NCBI GenBank assembly: GCA_034521515.1
Contig: JAXHMH010000002.1
Span: forward strand, 280,379-344,378
Origin: Candidatus Saccharimonadota bacterium
GTDB lineage: Bacteria; Patescibacteriota; Saccharimonadia; Saccharimonadales; JAXHMH01
Direction of reading: 5' to 3'
Length of the DNA: 64,000 nt
The first letter of the stretch is position 1. Each line of letters begins with the position of its first letter. The translations under genes were made by a program, and so were the position numbers. The notes below the pieces were generated by a model that saw nothing but the letters and a program-made list of their open reading frames with translations, had not been told where the DNA came from and searched no databases. Shown here piece by piece: positions 40,620 to 50,063 of the stretch.

Positions 40620-41174
40620 CTATACTTCGTCAGGCAACAATAACTCGACACTGTTATGAAAAATCAATCTCAACACCTCTGTATAGCCATAAATATGCTG
40701 AGGTTGCAATTTCTCTCCATATACTGCGTCAAGTAATTCGCCTGCTTGTAGCATACGCGCCATATAGGCATTGCCATATAGACCTATATCATCAGGAGTT
40801 GCTTCTGCTACGTCAGGCATTTTTGGTATGTATGTAAACCAATCCCCTCCGGGCTGTGCTGGTTTATAAATTGCAAATTCTTCGTATGCTGCCGGTTCAT
40901 CACCTTTCGGCTCGTATGTTATATGAACAGAACTTTCTACCGTTTGCTCACCGGCAACAATTCGCCCTACTTCAACCGCTGCGTCAGTATCAGGGTGTTT
41001 ATAGCGTTTCAGCAGTACTGACCGGTTGAAGCGAAGCGGTGCGTGCATAAGCTCCTCGTCTGTAACGAGCATACGCACGATGCCATGAAACCGCCGCGCT
41101 TGATCACGAAGTTCAGCCTCATATTTAGCTCCAGATTCGTCGGGGTTTTCTTGTGAATGACATACATCCCGCAT
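40620..41174 (-). CDS. hypothetical protein
   Basis: 184-aa ORF with no recognisable family. Confidence 0.45.
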   Translation of the reverse strand: MRDVCHSQENPDESGAKYEAELRDQARRFHGIVRMLVTDEELMHAPLRFNRSVLLKRYKHPDTDAAVEVGRIVAGEQTVESSVHITYEPKGDEPAAYEEFAIYKPAQPGGDWFTYIPKMPDVAEATPDDIGLYGNAYMARMLQAGELLDAVYGEKLQPQHIYGYTEVLRLIFHNSVELLLPDEV

Positions 41175-41281
41175 AATATCATATTAGCATAAGTAGTTCA
41201 GTTTGTCAATGTTGCGCCTCTGTTACATTTTTGTTATGCTTATTTTTGAAAACAAAAACCATGATCCCCATTTGTCCGGGG

Positions 41282-41369
41282 TTTTCGACAAGAACGTATC
41301 GTAAAAAGGGTTCACCCTGAGCCAGTTGAAGGGTTCATCCTGAGCGAGCGAAACGAGTCGAAGGGTGGG
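41282..41369. repeat. dispersed short-repeat copy related to the tRNA-Ser trailer units
   Basis: ttttcgacaag followed by gggttcaccctgagcc...gggttcatcctgagcg...tcgaagggtggg. The cores ttcgacaag and ccctgag also occur in the units at 47275-47424 and 60084-60240. Confidence 0.5.
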
Positions 41370-41685
41370 CATGTACTTTGTGAAAGAAAAACCGGTTGTG
41401 GACAGTTTGATTGAGAGGTTTCTTGTGAAAACCTTTGAGTTATTTTGTTCAAATTTCACATGAAAATTACCTCTGTTTTACCTTTTGATAACTGAGGCGA
41501 GTCGTGTTATTCTGTTAGTGATACACGCTTCTTGCACGTAAGTGCAATACACGGAAGATGTGAGTAGCAAAACGAGGCATACAATCACAACAATACGCCA
41601 GCGAGCAACAAAACATTTGACACAGTAACATGCAGAGTCACGAGCTCTGCTCAGAAGCAAGCAAGCGTGATGCAAGGAGTTAGCC

Positions 41686-44247
41686 ATGAAGCTGCCAAAG
41701 GTATACGAACCACATTTATACGAATCTGATATATACGCACTCTGGGAAAAAACCGAGTCTTTCAAGCCAAAACATCGTGGATCCAAAGATAATTACAGTA
41801 TTGTCGTACCTCCACCAAACGCAAACGGCGATTTACATCTTGGCCACGGCTTAACGCTGGCTCTTGAAGATATCGCTATTCGCTATCATCGGCTAAAAGG
41901 AGATGCAACATTGTTCGTACCCGGGGCAGATCATGCCGGGTTTGAAACCCAGGTTGTTTATGAGAAGCAGCTGGCCGCAGAAGGGAAGAGTCGGTTCGAT
42001 TTTACCCGAGAAGAGCTCTACGACCGTATATGGGATTTTGTTGCCCAAAACAAGCAAAACTACCTGTCACAGTTCCGTAAATTAGGCGCTAGTGCCAGCT
42101 GGGATCACTATACATTTACACTGGATGAAAAAATTGTTAAACAGGCCTACGGCAACTTTAAAAAGATGTGGGACGAAGGTCTAGTTTACAGAGGTGAAAG
42201 ATTGGTTAACTACTGTACACATCACCGCACAGGATTTGCCGATGTCGAGGTAGTCTATGAAGACGAAACTACTCCGCTATATTACATGCAATACGGGCCG
42301 TTTGAGCTGGCAACTACCCGACCAGAAACTAAGTTTGGCGACACCGCAGTAGCAGTACACCCTGAGGATGACCGCTATAAGCAATATGTTGGACAAGTCA
42401 TAACCGTCGAGGGCGTCAACGGTCCGTTTGAGATCCAAGTCTTGGCCGACGAAATGGTCGACAGAGAATTTGGAACAGGGGTAGTTAAGATAACACCAGC
42501 CCATGACCCTAACGACTGGGAGGTTGCCCAGCGCCATAATCTACCCGCCGTACGCGTTATAAATCATGACGGCACCATGAACGAACACGCCGGACGTTTC
42601 CGAGGAATGACAGTTATGGATGCCCGCCAAGCCGTTGTTGATGCGCTCAAAGAAAAGAATCTGCTCATTAAGGTAGACAAAGATTATACCAACAGAGTAG
42701 GGAAGTGCTATAAATGCGGTACAGTAATCGAACCAATGTTGATGAAACAGTGGTTCATTAATATGCAACCACTAGCCAAACCTGCCATCAAAGCTCTTAA
42801 ACAAAAGAAGATTATGTTCTATCCAGACTCTAAGAGAAAACAACTCATCAGCTATCTAGAGGGGTTGCACGACTGGAACATTAGCCGTCAAATAGCCTGG
42901 GGTATCCCTATCCCGGCTTTCCAGAACGTTGATGACGAGGATGATTGGATTTATGACGAGCACGTAACAGAGGAAATCATAACCGTAGACAACAAAACTT
43001 ATCATCGTGATCCGGACGTCTTTGACACTTGGTTTTCTAGCAGCAGCTGGCCGTACGCCACACTTGGCGGATCGGGCACCAAGGACTATGAACAGTTCTA
43101 CCCATTGAGCCTGATGGAAACCGGTGCCGATATTCTCTACCCCTGGGTAAGTCGCATGATAATGTTCGGCCTATACAACACCGGTAAAGTACCGTTTGAA
43201 TCAGTATATCTGCACGGTTTAGTACTGGATCCGCACGGCGCCAAAATGAGCAAAAGCAAGGGCAATGTCGTCGACCCGATGGAAAAGATAGATACGTTTG
43301 GTTCTGACGCCTTTAGGATGGGGATTGTCGCTGGCCAAACACCTGGTAACAACCAACCATATGACGAAAGTAAATTGATTGGCGCGAGAAATTTTTGTAA
43401 TAAATTATGGAACATTGCCCGCTACGTTGAAGGCAAGCTTGGCGATGAATTTAAGCCGGGTAACTCACCTCATCCCAAATCGGTGGCCGATTACTGGGTG
43501 ATTAATAGAATTAATTATATTTCCAAGCAAGTTTCGTCTCTGTTAGATGAATACCGCTTTAGCGAAGCCTACGAAACGCTCTATCATTTCGTGTGGGACG
43601 ATTTTGCCGACTGGTATATCGAGGCATCTAAAGTACATCTCAACAAAGACACCATAGCCTACGGGTTAGAATCTATCCTCAAACTGGCACATCCGTTCGC
43701 ACCATTCGTAACCGAAACAGTCTGGCAAACCCTCGGCTGGCGCGGCGATAAGCCGTTAGCAATTTCTGACTGGCCAAAAACAAGCGATTCAAATACCACA
43801 AAAGCTGATACTTTTGAAGAAATTAAGCTCATTGTGAACGAAGTACGATTTATTAAAAACGAGCTTGGTGATGCCGATTTACAGCTGTTTTACACCGATG
43901 AGAAATTCTTGGACGAAAACGGCATTTTAATTCAGAAACTTGCCAAACTCAAAGGCGTACAAAACGTGAAAGACGGTTATGGATTGCACCTAACCCAAAC
44001 CCGCTATCAATGTTGGCTCAACGTTGATGAACAAGCCGCTCAACGATTTATAACCTCGCTGGCTAATAAAAAAGCTCAGCAAGAAAAGAACGTCGATCAA
44101 CTGGAAAAGCGCCTAGCTAACAAAGCCTACGTAAAACAGGCACCTAAGGAGTTAGTCGCACAAAGTAAACAGCAGCTAAAAGAGGCTAGGGAACTGCTCG
44201 AAAAAGTCACCGAGGAATATAAACGATTCAATAAACCGAGCGCGTGA
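41686..44247 (+). CDS. valS: valine--tRNA ligase
   Basis: PPPNANGDLHLGH (HIGH motif), KMSKSKGN, and a C-terminal coiled coil. Confidence 0.95.
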   Translation: MKLPKVYEPHLYESDIYALWEKTESFKPKHRGSKDNYSIVVPPPNANGDLHLGHGLTLALEDIAIRYHRLKGDATLFVPGADHAGFETQVVYEKQLAAEGKSRFDFTREELYDRIWDFVAQNKQNYLSQFRKLGASASWDHYTFTLDEKIVKQAYGNFKKMWDEGLVYRGERLVNYCTHHRTGFADVEVVYEDETTPLYYMQYGPFELATTRPETKFGDTAVAVHPEDDRYKQYVGQVITVEGVNGPFEIQVLADEMVDREFGTGVVKITPAHDPNDWEVAQRHNLPAVRVINHDGTMNEHAGRFRGMTVMDARQAVVDALKEKNLLIKVDKDYTNRVGKCYKCGTVIEPMLMKQWFINMQPLAKPAIKALKQKKIMFYPDSKRKQLISYLEGLHDWNISRQIAWGIPIPAFQNVDDEDDWIYDEHVTEEIITVDNKTYHRDPDVFDTWFSSSSWPYATLGGSGTKDYEQFYPLSLMETGADILYPWVSRMIMFGLYNTGKVPFESVYLHGLVLDPHGAKMSKSKGNVVDPMEKIDTFGSDAFRMGIVAGQTPGNNQPYDESKLIGARNFCNKLWNIARYVEGKLGDEFKPGNSPHPKSVADYWVINRINYISKQVSSLLDEYRFSEAYETLYHFVWDDFADWYIEASKVHLNKDTIAYGLESILKLAHPFAPFVTETVWQTLGWRGDKPLAISDWPKTSDSNTTKADTFEEIKLIVNEVRFIKNELGDADLQLFYTDEKFLDENGILIQKLAKLKGVQNVKDGYGLHLTQTRYQCWLNVDEQAAQRFITSLANKKAQQEKNVDQLEKRLANKAYVKQAPKELVAQSKQQLKEARELLEKVTEEYKRFNKPSA

Positions 44248-44257
44248 CCCTAAATAA

Positions 44258-45115
44258 TCAGTTGTCAAACTCTAGGGCAGAACGTACTCGTTCTGAACTC
44301 TCATCGGGACGGTAATCGTCAAACCACAACACCTTCCAGCCAATGCGTTGTGCAGCCATAATATTAGCTCGCGAATCATCGACCAACAGTATTTCCTCTG
44401 GTGAAACTGCCGCTTTAGTGGTAGCTATCGCAAAAATCTGCTCTTCTGGCTTGATACTCCCGACCTCTGATGAATCAACAATCGCATCGTAATCCAGCTT
44501 GGGCAATAAACCATTCTCTAACATTGATGCTATCAACCCCGGCATGATATTACTCAACAGACCAACACGGTAGTGTTTAGCTACCCACTCAGCCAGTTCA
44601 TGCATTTCCTGAATTGGTTCGATTGCTTCCAGATAATAGTCCCGCCAATCGAACTCGGCCAACCTAAAACGCCCGCCTAGTGTCTCGTTGAACTCTTCCA
44701 TAGACAGCTCGCCGCGACATACCGCATCATTAAAATGCCAGAATGTAGTTTCAATAATATCTGCCGAGAGGCCGCTCGCCTCTGATACTTTGCTGAACGC
44801 CCGATGATAAAACCTAACCAGACAACCGTTGACATCAAAATAAACAAACCGAACACCGCTTTTTGAACGTTTCTTAGCGTCTACAGGCTCTTGTACGTCA
44901 GCAGGCGGTAAATCACCCACCAAACCGCTTAAAGTCACTCCAAGCACTGCCGCAATGCTCTGAATCGTAAAGATTGAGGGTGCCTTGATCGCTCCGCGCT
45001 CAATCTTAGCTAGTGTCGAGTAGCTGAGATCGGCTTTTTGGCACAGTTCTTGCTGCGTAATACCCGCCTTTTTGCGCGCAGTTTGCAGTGTTTTTCCAAG
45101 GCTTATCTCATCCAT
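44258..45115 (-). CDS. XRE-family HTH domain fused to a HAD-like hydrolase domain
   Basis: N-terminus LGKTLQTARKKAGITQQELCQKADLSYSTLAKIERG. The C-terminal half carries FDVNGCLV, LLSN and LVDDS HAD motifs. The likely start is MDEISLG at 45115. Confidence 0.65.
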   Translation of the reverse strand: MDEISLGKTLQTARKKAGITQQELCQKADLSYSTLAKIERGAIKAPSIFTIQSIAAVLGVTLSGLVGDLPPADVQEPVDAKKRSKSGVRFVYFDVNGCLVRFYHRAFSKVSEASGLSADIIETTFWHFNDAVCRGELSMEEFNETLGGRFRLAEFDWRDYYLEAIEPIQEMHELAEWVAKHYRVGLLSNIMPGLIASMLENGLLPKLDYDAIVDSSEVGSIKPEEQIFAIATTKAAVSPEEILLVDDSRANIMAAQRIGWKVLWFDDYRPDESSERVRSALEFDN

Positions 45116-45279
45116 GCCGCGTCTCACTTGTGCGAATCGATACAACACCACCACTGTCACACTGTTTCATCGTTTACATTCCACCCTTAACTACTATTCC
45201 TGCCAAAACTGCAGGTTGATAGCTCCATAATACTGATTACGGCGCAAAAAAGCTAGCAAAACTAGCCATTTAGTACTAA

Positions 45280-45453
45280 TTACATAATAAAGCCCAGCAA
45301 CGTAACTACAAATAGAAACGTGCCAAAGCCGGCAATTGCAGCAACAATCAATGCATTCTGAATATTACTACCGGTTTTTTGATAAGTCTTAGAATAAACC
45401 CAGGCTGCAAAACCTAGACCGGCGAATAACCCCACAACAGCGTTAGATAGCAT
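45280..45453 (-). CDS. small membrane protein (57 aa), hypothetical
   Basis: Hand translation gives MLSNAVVGLFAGLGFAAWVYSKTYQKTGSNIQNALIVAAIAGFGTFLFVVTLLGFIM, with two hydrophobic helices. Confidence 0.35.
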   Translation of the reverse strand: MLSNAVVGLFAGLGFAAWVYSKTYQKTGSNIQNALIVAAIAGFGTFLFVVTLLGFIM

Positions 45454-45517
45454 ACGCCCATTTTACACTGACTCGTTTTAACTCGCCAGAGTTTTACTTG
45501 CCAAATTACGAGTAACC

Positions 45518-45913
45518 CTAGAATGCCAACTTCTTAGCAGTTTTAGCAAGCGCTTCATGATCTGGTTCCTTTGAGGCTCGGTTCTTATCACCGTAAAAAT
45601 CTTGAGCATTATCGCAAGGATATACGTGTACGTGAGCGTGCGGTACATCAAAGCCTTCAATACGCAAACAGGCTCGCTGTCGTCCGAATATTCGCTTCTG
45701 TCGCTGCGCAATTTTTCGAACGACATCAAAAACCGCTTCATAAACCTCGTCCGGCAGCTCGTCAAACTGGTCAACCTGAACTTTTGATACCACTAAAACA
45801 TGCCCGGTCTGTATTGGGTGAATATCCAAAAAAGCCAGCACTTTGTCATCCTCATATACCTTATGGCAAGGAATCTCCCCCTTAATAATCCGCGTAAATA
45901 ATGAATCTTCCAT
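45518..45913 (-). CDS. HIT (histidine triad) family protein
   Basis: MEDSLFTRIIKGEIPCHKVYEDD plus the HAHVHV triad. The ORF extends upstream, but Met at 45913 fits the family N-terminus. Confidence 0.85.
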   Translation of the reverse strand: MEDSLFTRIIKGEIPCHKVYEDDKVLAFLDIHPIQTGHVLVVSKVQVDQFDELPDEVYEAVFDVVRKIAQRQKRIFGRQRACLRIEGFDVPHAHVHVYPCDNAQDFYGDKNRASKEPDHEALAKTAKKLAF

Positions 45914-45959
45914 ACGTTTAGTATAGCGCGCAGTGCAAAATATAGGGTAGACTGGGGGC

Positions 45960-47039
45960 ATGAAAGCCGCGCGTAAACTTGGCCGCATCCTTAGTGCCAT
46001 AGTTCTCAAACTGAGCCTGGTTGGGTTTGCCGTGGCATTTGCCCTATTAGCGGTTATCGGCACGCCAGAACCACTAAAAACTAGCCTGGGACAATCCGGA
46101 GTCTACTCTGCGGCCGTTGATAGTGTTATAGAAGCGTCAGCTGAAGAAACTGATCAGAGCTTGCCACTCGACGAGCCGGCTATACAACAAGCTGCCCGTG
46201 ACGCCTTCAATCCTTGGCTTCTGGAGCAATCGGCTCACCGCATGATTGACGGGCTTTATGCTTGGCTAGAAGGGGATACCGATGAGATAGAGTTTACGAT
46301 TGACTTAAGTGACGCCAAAGCTTTATTCATCGAACGTGTTGCCGATTATGCTGAGCAGCGTGTCAACAATCTACGTCCTTGCACGCAAGCCGAGGCCTTT
46401 CAGCTAGCCCAGCAAGACTCAATAGATCCGTTTGAGCTTGATTGCCGGCCGCCAGTGGTTATAAGTCAATACCGAGACGACATAATTCGTGAACTCGAAC
46501 AATCCGAGGATTTTTTGGACGACCCGGTTATCACAGCTGAATCACTTGCCGACCAAGAAGGAGCAACGACTAATGAACCGTGGCAAGAAGCACCGGCAGC
46601 ATTTCAACGGCTGCAATGGATGCCACTCGCGACAGGGTTATTTGCTTTTGCAGCCGCCGTATTCCTAATAGCATTGCACGCCAATCGCCGAAGCGGCTTG
46701 AGGCAGGTCAGCATGATTATCTTTTCTACTGGTGTATTGGTGCTCATCAGTGCACTTGTCTTGGACTATTTAATACGTCACAACATAGCTCAAGGCATGT
46801 TGTTTGATATGCAGGATACTGTCCTACAGGGCGCACTGGTAAGTACATCTGTGGCACTTTACGGTTACTTTAGCCGCGCTTTTATTCTCATATCAGCAAT
46901 TTACCTTATGTCTGGTGCAATTTCCCTCGGTATCTTTTGGTTACTCAGAAAACCAAAAAACACTCCAGATACAAGCCAACCTCCCCGCCAGCCAAACTCA
47001 GCCTCTCATGGCAAAAAGCCCACAAAAAATACCAGATAA
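45960..47039 (+). CDS. multi-pass membrane protein, hypothetical
   Basis: An N-terminal helix and three or four C-terminal helices. No family recognised. Confidence 0.5.
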   Translation: MKAARKLGRILSAIVLKLSLVGFAVAFALLAVIGTPEPLKTSLGQSGVYSAAVDSVIEASAEETDQSLPLDEPAIQQAARDAFNPWLLEQSAHRMIDGLYAWLEGDTDEIEFTIDLSDAKALFIERVADYAEQRVNNLRPCTQAEAFQLAQQDSIDPFELDCRPPVVISQYRDDIIRELEQSEDFLDDPVITAESLADQEGATTNEPWQEAPAAFQRLQWMPLATGLFAFAAAVFLIALHANRRSGLRQVSMIIFSTGVLVLISALVLDYLIRHNIAQGMLFDMQDTVLQGALVSTSVALYGYFSRAFILISAIYLMSGAISLGIFWLLRKPKNTPDTSQPPRQPNSASHGKKPTKNTR

Positions 47040-47115
47040 AATACGTGTACTTCGACTACGTACTCGACAATTAGCTACATAGCTTTCATAAATGAACCTC
47101 AAATAATCTCTTAAT

Positions 47116-47156
47116 CTCCCCCTTTGTTCACGATCGTGAACAAAGGGGGAGGTTTT
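47116..47156 (+). terminator. rho-independent terminator of the 45960-47039 gene
   Basis: CTCCCCCTTTGTTCACG pairs with CGTGAACAAAGGGGGAG (17 bp), followed by GTTTTT. Confidence 0.8.
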
Positions 47157-47219
47157 TGGTTGATAGTTTTATCTATTTGAACCTGCTAATTGCCTGATTG
47201 TTTAGATCTAAATTCAAAT

Positions 47220-47443
47220 CCACCGTTTCAACAGAAACAAAAAAACCCACCTGAACAGTGGGTTCTTTTCTTCCTGGCTTGTCACCCATCGATCTTGAGC
47301 CTCAGGGTCGAAAGATGAGCCTGTCGAATGGGCTTGCCGTGAGCCTGTCGAATGGACTTGCCATGAGCTTGTCGAATGGGCCTGCCGTGAGCCTGTCGAA
47401 TGGGCTTGCCATGAGCCTGTCGAATGGCGGAAGGAGAGGGATT
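47220..47443 (-). repeat. orphan tRNA-Ser trailer
   Basis: On the tRNA-sense (minus) strand the order is as follows. First ATCCCTCTCCTTCCGCCA-type 3' end (47425-47443). Then four TTCGACAGGCTCAYGGCARGYCCA units (47317-47424), then one long unit (47275-47316). Last comes a 58-bp block that also occurs at 47546-47603. Confidence 0.9.
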
Positions 47444-47600
47444 ATAGCCTCAGGCCAGGCAGCCTATTTTGTCTAGTTACTTTGGCTGCTTGGCTTCAGC
47501 ATATAATCTCGCTAACCGCTCGATTATCTGAACCCGGGTTCGAACCCACCGTTTCAACAGAAACAAAAGAACCCACCTGAACAGTGGGTTCTTTTCTTCC

Positions 47601-47691
47601 TGGCGGAAGGAGAGGGATTCGAACCCTCGGTGCCGTTGCCGGCACAACTGTTTTCGAGACAGTCCAGTTCGACCACTCCTGCACCCTTCCA
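47601..47691 (-). tRNA. tRNA-Ser (anticodon CGA), CCA encoded
   Basis: Hand fold: acceptor GGAAGGG/TCCTTCC, anticodon stem ACTGT/ACAGT, loop CTCGAAA, long variable arm, T-arm GAGGG TTCGAAT CCCTC. Confidence 0.9.
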
Positions 47692-47713
47692 CGGTTGCTA
47701 TTCTAACAAAAGA

Positions 47714-48223
47714 CTAACTTAGCGACACAATAGCGCCCATGTAGCTCGTCGGGATACGTCTTTTACAGATTTCTACCCGTCCGCGTTTTGCACTGGCGTG
47801 TATATACCTGACCGTTTCATCTTCTACCGTCAACACTATACCCATATGCCCTGGCATTTCAGTTTGCTGGTCGCCAATATCGTAGTACTTTTGTGTGATT
47901 AATAACGCTCCTGCCTCTAGAGCAGATTGCTTAAACATTACTTGCTCAGTTTGTGCGTCATTCCACATATCTCGCACATGCCGCACTTGATCAGGCCAAT
48001 CACTAGGCCTCAACCCTTTCACGTCGCAGATAGATTTTATAACAAAGCCTGAGCAATCAAATTCATCTGGTCCAATCCCTATTTCTGGGCAGTTTTCACG
48101 GGGCAGTGCAATACAATCACCGGCTACAAAATGATGGTAAATTGCCGGCTTATACAGGTACGCACCTGATGCTTGAATGAGTTCTTGCCCGAAGGTCTCA
48201 ATCTTGGTTTTGATATCCCCCAA
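47714..48223 (-). CDS. NlpC/P60 family cysteine peptidase
   Basis: FDCSGFV (catalytic Cys), PGHMGIV (His) and IHAS. No obvious signal peptide. TTG start. Confidence 0.6.
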   Translation of the reverse strand: MGDIKTKIETFGQELIQASGAYLYKPAIYHHFVAGDCIALPRENCPEIGIGPDEFDCSGFVIKSICDVKGLRPSDWPDQVRHVRDMWNDAQTEQVMFKQSALEAGALLITQKYYDIGDQQTEMPGHMGIVLTVEDETVRYIHASAKRGRVEICKRRIPTSYMGAIVSLS

Positions 48224-48282
48224 ATAAATTACAGCAAGTCTAGCACCGATATATACGTACAGTAAATTGCTCCCGCTTAAAG

Positions 48283-50016
48283 TTAAGAGCTATCAATAGG
48301 CTGCTTCTTAGTAAAACGCTCCTTTAGGTTAGCGATGTCATAACGCCATTCCCATACTCCATAGCCTGCAGCTAACGCCACCATAAAGCCGGCAAACCAC
48401 CAACTCAGCGGTGTCGGACGCGCCACCGTTGTAACATCACGCACGTTCATCTCCGGCAGTTCGGTCATCGCTGCTGCCACATTCCGGCAGCGGTTAGTTT
48501 CTGGATTGCGTTCTTGCCCAGGACTACACGGCTTTAGCCCGGACGTTTGATTAATATTACGGCAACGGTTAGTTTCTGGGTTTCTTTCCTGGTGAGGCTT
48601 ACAAGGTACCAGTTGGCGGGTACTACTTGTTACAGAACGGCATCTGTTTGTTTCTGGATTGCGTTCTTGCCCAGGACGGCATGGCACTAGGGAAGAGCCA
48701 GAGTCAATCTTCCGGCAACGGTTCGTCTCTGGATTGCGTTCTTGATCCGAATCACACGGCTTGAGCTCAGAGGTGCTGCTCACGATATTGCGACAACGAC
48801 CGGTATCTGGATTGCGCTCCTTACCTTCCTTGCAATCGGCGTATTCTTGATATTTATTCTCTTGACCCAGGGTTAGTTCATAAGTCTGCCGCCAGTCATC
48901 ATCACCAAACCAAGCCCATGAGGTTTCCGGCCGTAAATCAGAATATTTCTGGGCATCAACCTCTTCTTGTCCGTCAGATGACAATACATATACTGTGCCG
49001 GTAGTTGTTTTGGTAAGTGTCAGTTCCGTGTTTGCAATCTGTATCGTCAAATAATCATGCGGCTCTACAACCTCATCGGCAAACACATAGGTGTTATCGT
49101 TGCGATTGGTTTGCAACTGGCAACCATCCAACTCAGCTTCCTGGTTGGTCAGATTATGCAGCTCTATGAACTGTTCGTCTAAGTTAGCTCCAATTTCAGA
49201 TATCACTACACCCTCGCAAATGTTTATGTCGTCTTCTGGTGCCGTTTCTTGATCAGTATCGAGCTCTTTATCAACCTTTTGGCTTAAATCATCGTCGGGT
49301 TCATCCTCAGGCTTTTCACCGGACTGTTCTTCAGGTTCTTCCTCATCGTCTGGCTCAGGATCAGGCTCAGGCAAGGGACATTCCAGACCAGCTCCGGGCA
49401 TAGGTATCTCGTTGATGGTAAAATCAAGCGCGTTATTACCGGTATCAACTATCAGGCCATCCTGGCCAAAACACCGTATAAGGGACTGGTCTGGCTGCGG
49501 CGCCCCAGCTGGGCTCGTAAGGTAATGCTCGGGGTCACCGTAGCCAACCATATCTACAAGCTCCCCGTCGTTATCAAACAGCCTGATAGTCCCATCATGG
49601 TAGTTTAAGTAACCTGAGGCTGTCCGAGAATCGAGTAGGAAATTCGCCTCCGGCAGATAGCTTTCATAGCTCACCACAAAAAACCCATCAGGCTGTATTT
49701 CGTAACCTACATCTGCATCAGAATCATCCTCAAACAAGACTATAGAACGGGTTGTTGTGCCCTTTTCATTTGCAAACTCTAGCTCCCACCCATCAAGCGA
49801 TACGGTCTCATTGTGCGGGTTATATAGCTCTATAAACTCGTGAGTTCCAACTACGCTACCAGCATCTTCTCCGTCATCTACTGTGCCTCTGTTTTGAAAC
49901 TCACTAATCAAAATCAATGTTTCCGTTGCCGGGGAGTCCTCTGCAACGGCACCGGCAGCCCAAAATAACGGCAAAACAAATCCCAAAACCAGTGCCCATA
50001 CCCACCGTTTGTTCAT
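48283..50016 (-). CDS. surface protein with two lamin-tail-like domains, five Cys-bracketed repeats and a C-terminal membrane anchor
   Basis: Signal peptide. LTD-like segments (HEFIELYNPHNETVSLDGWELEF and EQFIELHNLTNQEAELDGCQLQ). Five copies of C-x4-(Q/K)ERNP(E/D)T(N/G)RCR. A terminal transmembrane helix. Confidence 0.7.
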   Translation of the reverse strand: MNKRWVWALVLGFVLPLFWAAGAVAEDSPATETLILISEFQNRGTVDDGEDAGSVVGTHEFIELYNPHNETVSLDGWELEFANEKGTTTRSIVLFEDDSDADVGYEIQPDGFFVVSYESYLPEANFLLDSRTASGYLNYHDGTIRLFDNDGELVDMVGYGDPEHYLTSPAGAPQPDQSLIRCFGQDGLIVDTGNNALDFTINEIPMPGAGLECPLPEPDPEPDDEEEPEEQSGEKPEDEPDDDLSQKVDKELDTDQETAPEDDINICEGVVISEIGANLDEQFIELHNLTNQEAELDGCQLQTNRNDNTYVFADEVVEPHDYLTIQIANTELTLTKTTTGTVYVLSSDGQEEVDAQKYSDLRPETSWAWFGDDDWRQTYELTLGQENKYQEYADCKEGKERNPDTGRCRNIVSSTSELKPCDSDQERNPETNRCRKIDSGSSLVPCRPGQERNPETNRCRSVTSSTRQLVPCKPHQERNPETNRCRNINQTSGLKPCSPGQERNPETNRCRNVAAAMTELPEMNVRDVTTVARPTPLSWWFAGFMVALAAGYGVWEWRYDIANLKERFTKKQPIDSS

Positions 50017-50063
50017 ATTATAAACAGCATACCGTTTATGCTTACTTTATGTCAAAAAGCTTA

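Noticed and set aside
41460-41685. T-box or other leader upstream of valS (likewise upstream of argS at 28689-28730)
   Set aside because: No T-box core sequence or specifier/antiterminator arrangement is visible. The argS upstream gap is only about 40 nt.
41223-41786. ORFs 41223-41459 (78 aa) and 41478-41786 (102 aa)
   Set aside because: The first is a translation of the dispersed short repeat. The second is antisense to, and overlaps, the valS start. Neither has ribosome-binding-site support.
47275-47443. A CRISPR array as an explanation for the 24-nt and 102-bp repeat arrays (also 59564-59869 and 60084-60240)
   Set aside because: The units are directly contiguous with no unique spacers. 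They are phased with tRNA ends, and no cas genes are present in the window.
47258-47692. ORFs 47258-47476 (SLSNGLAV repeats), 47477-47692 and 47496-47684
   Set aside because: They overlap the 24-nt trailer repeats and tRNA-Ser(CGA). No ribosome-binding site is present, and the periodic peptides mirror the DNA repeat.
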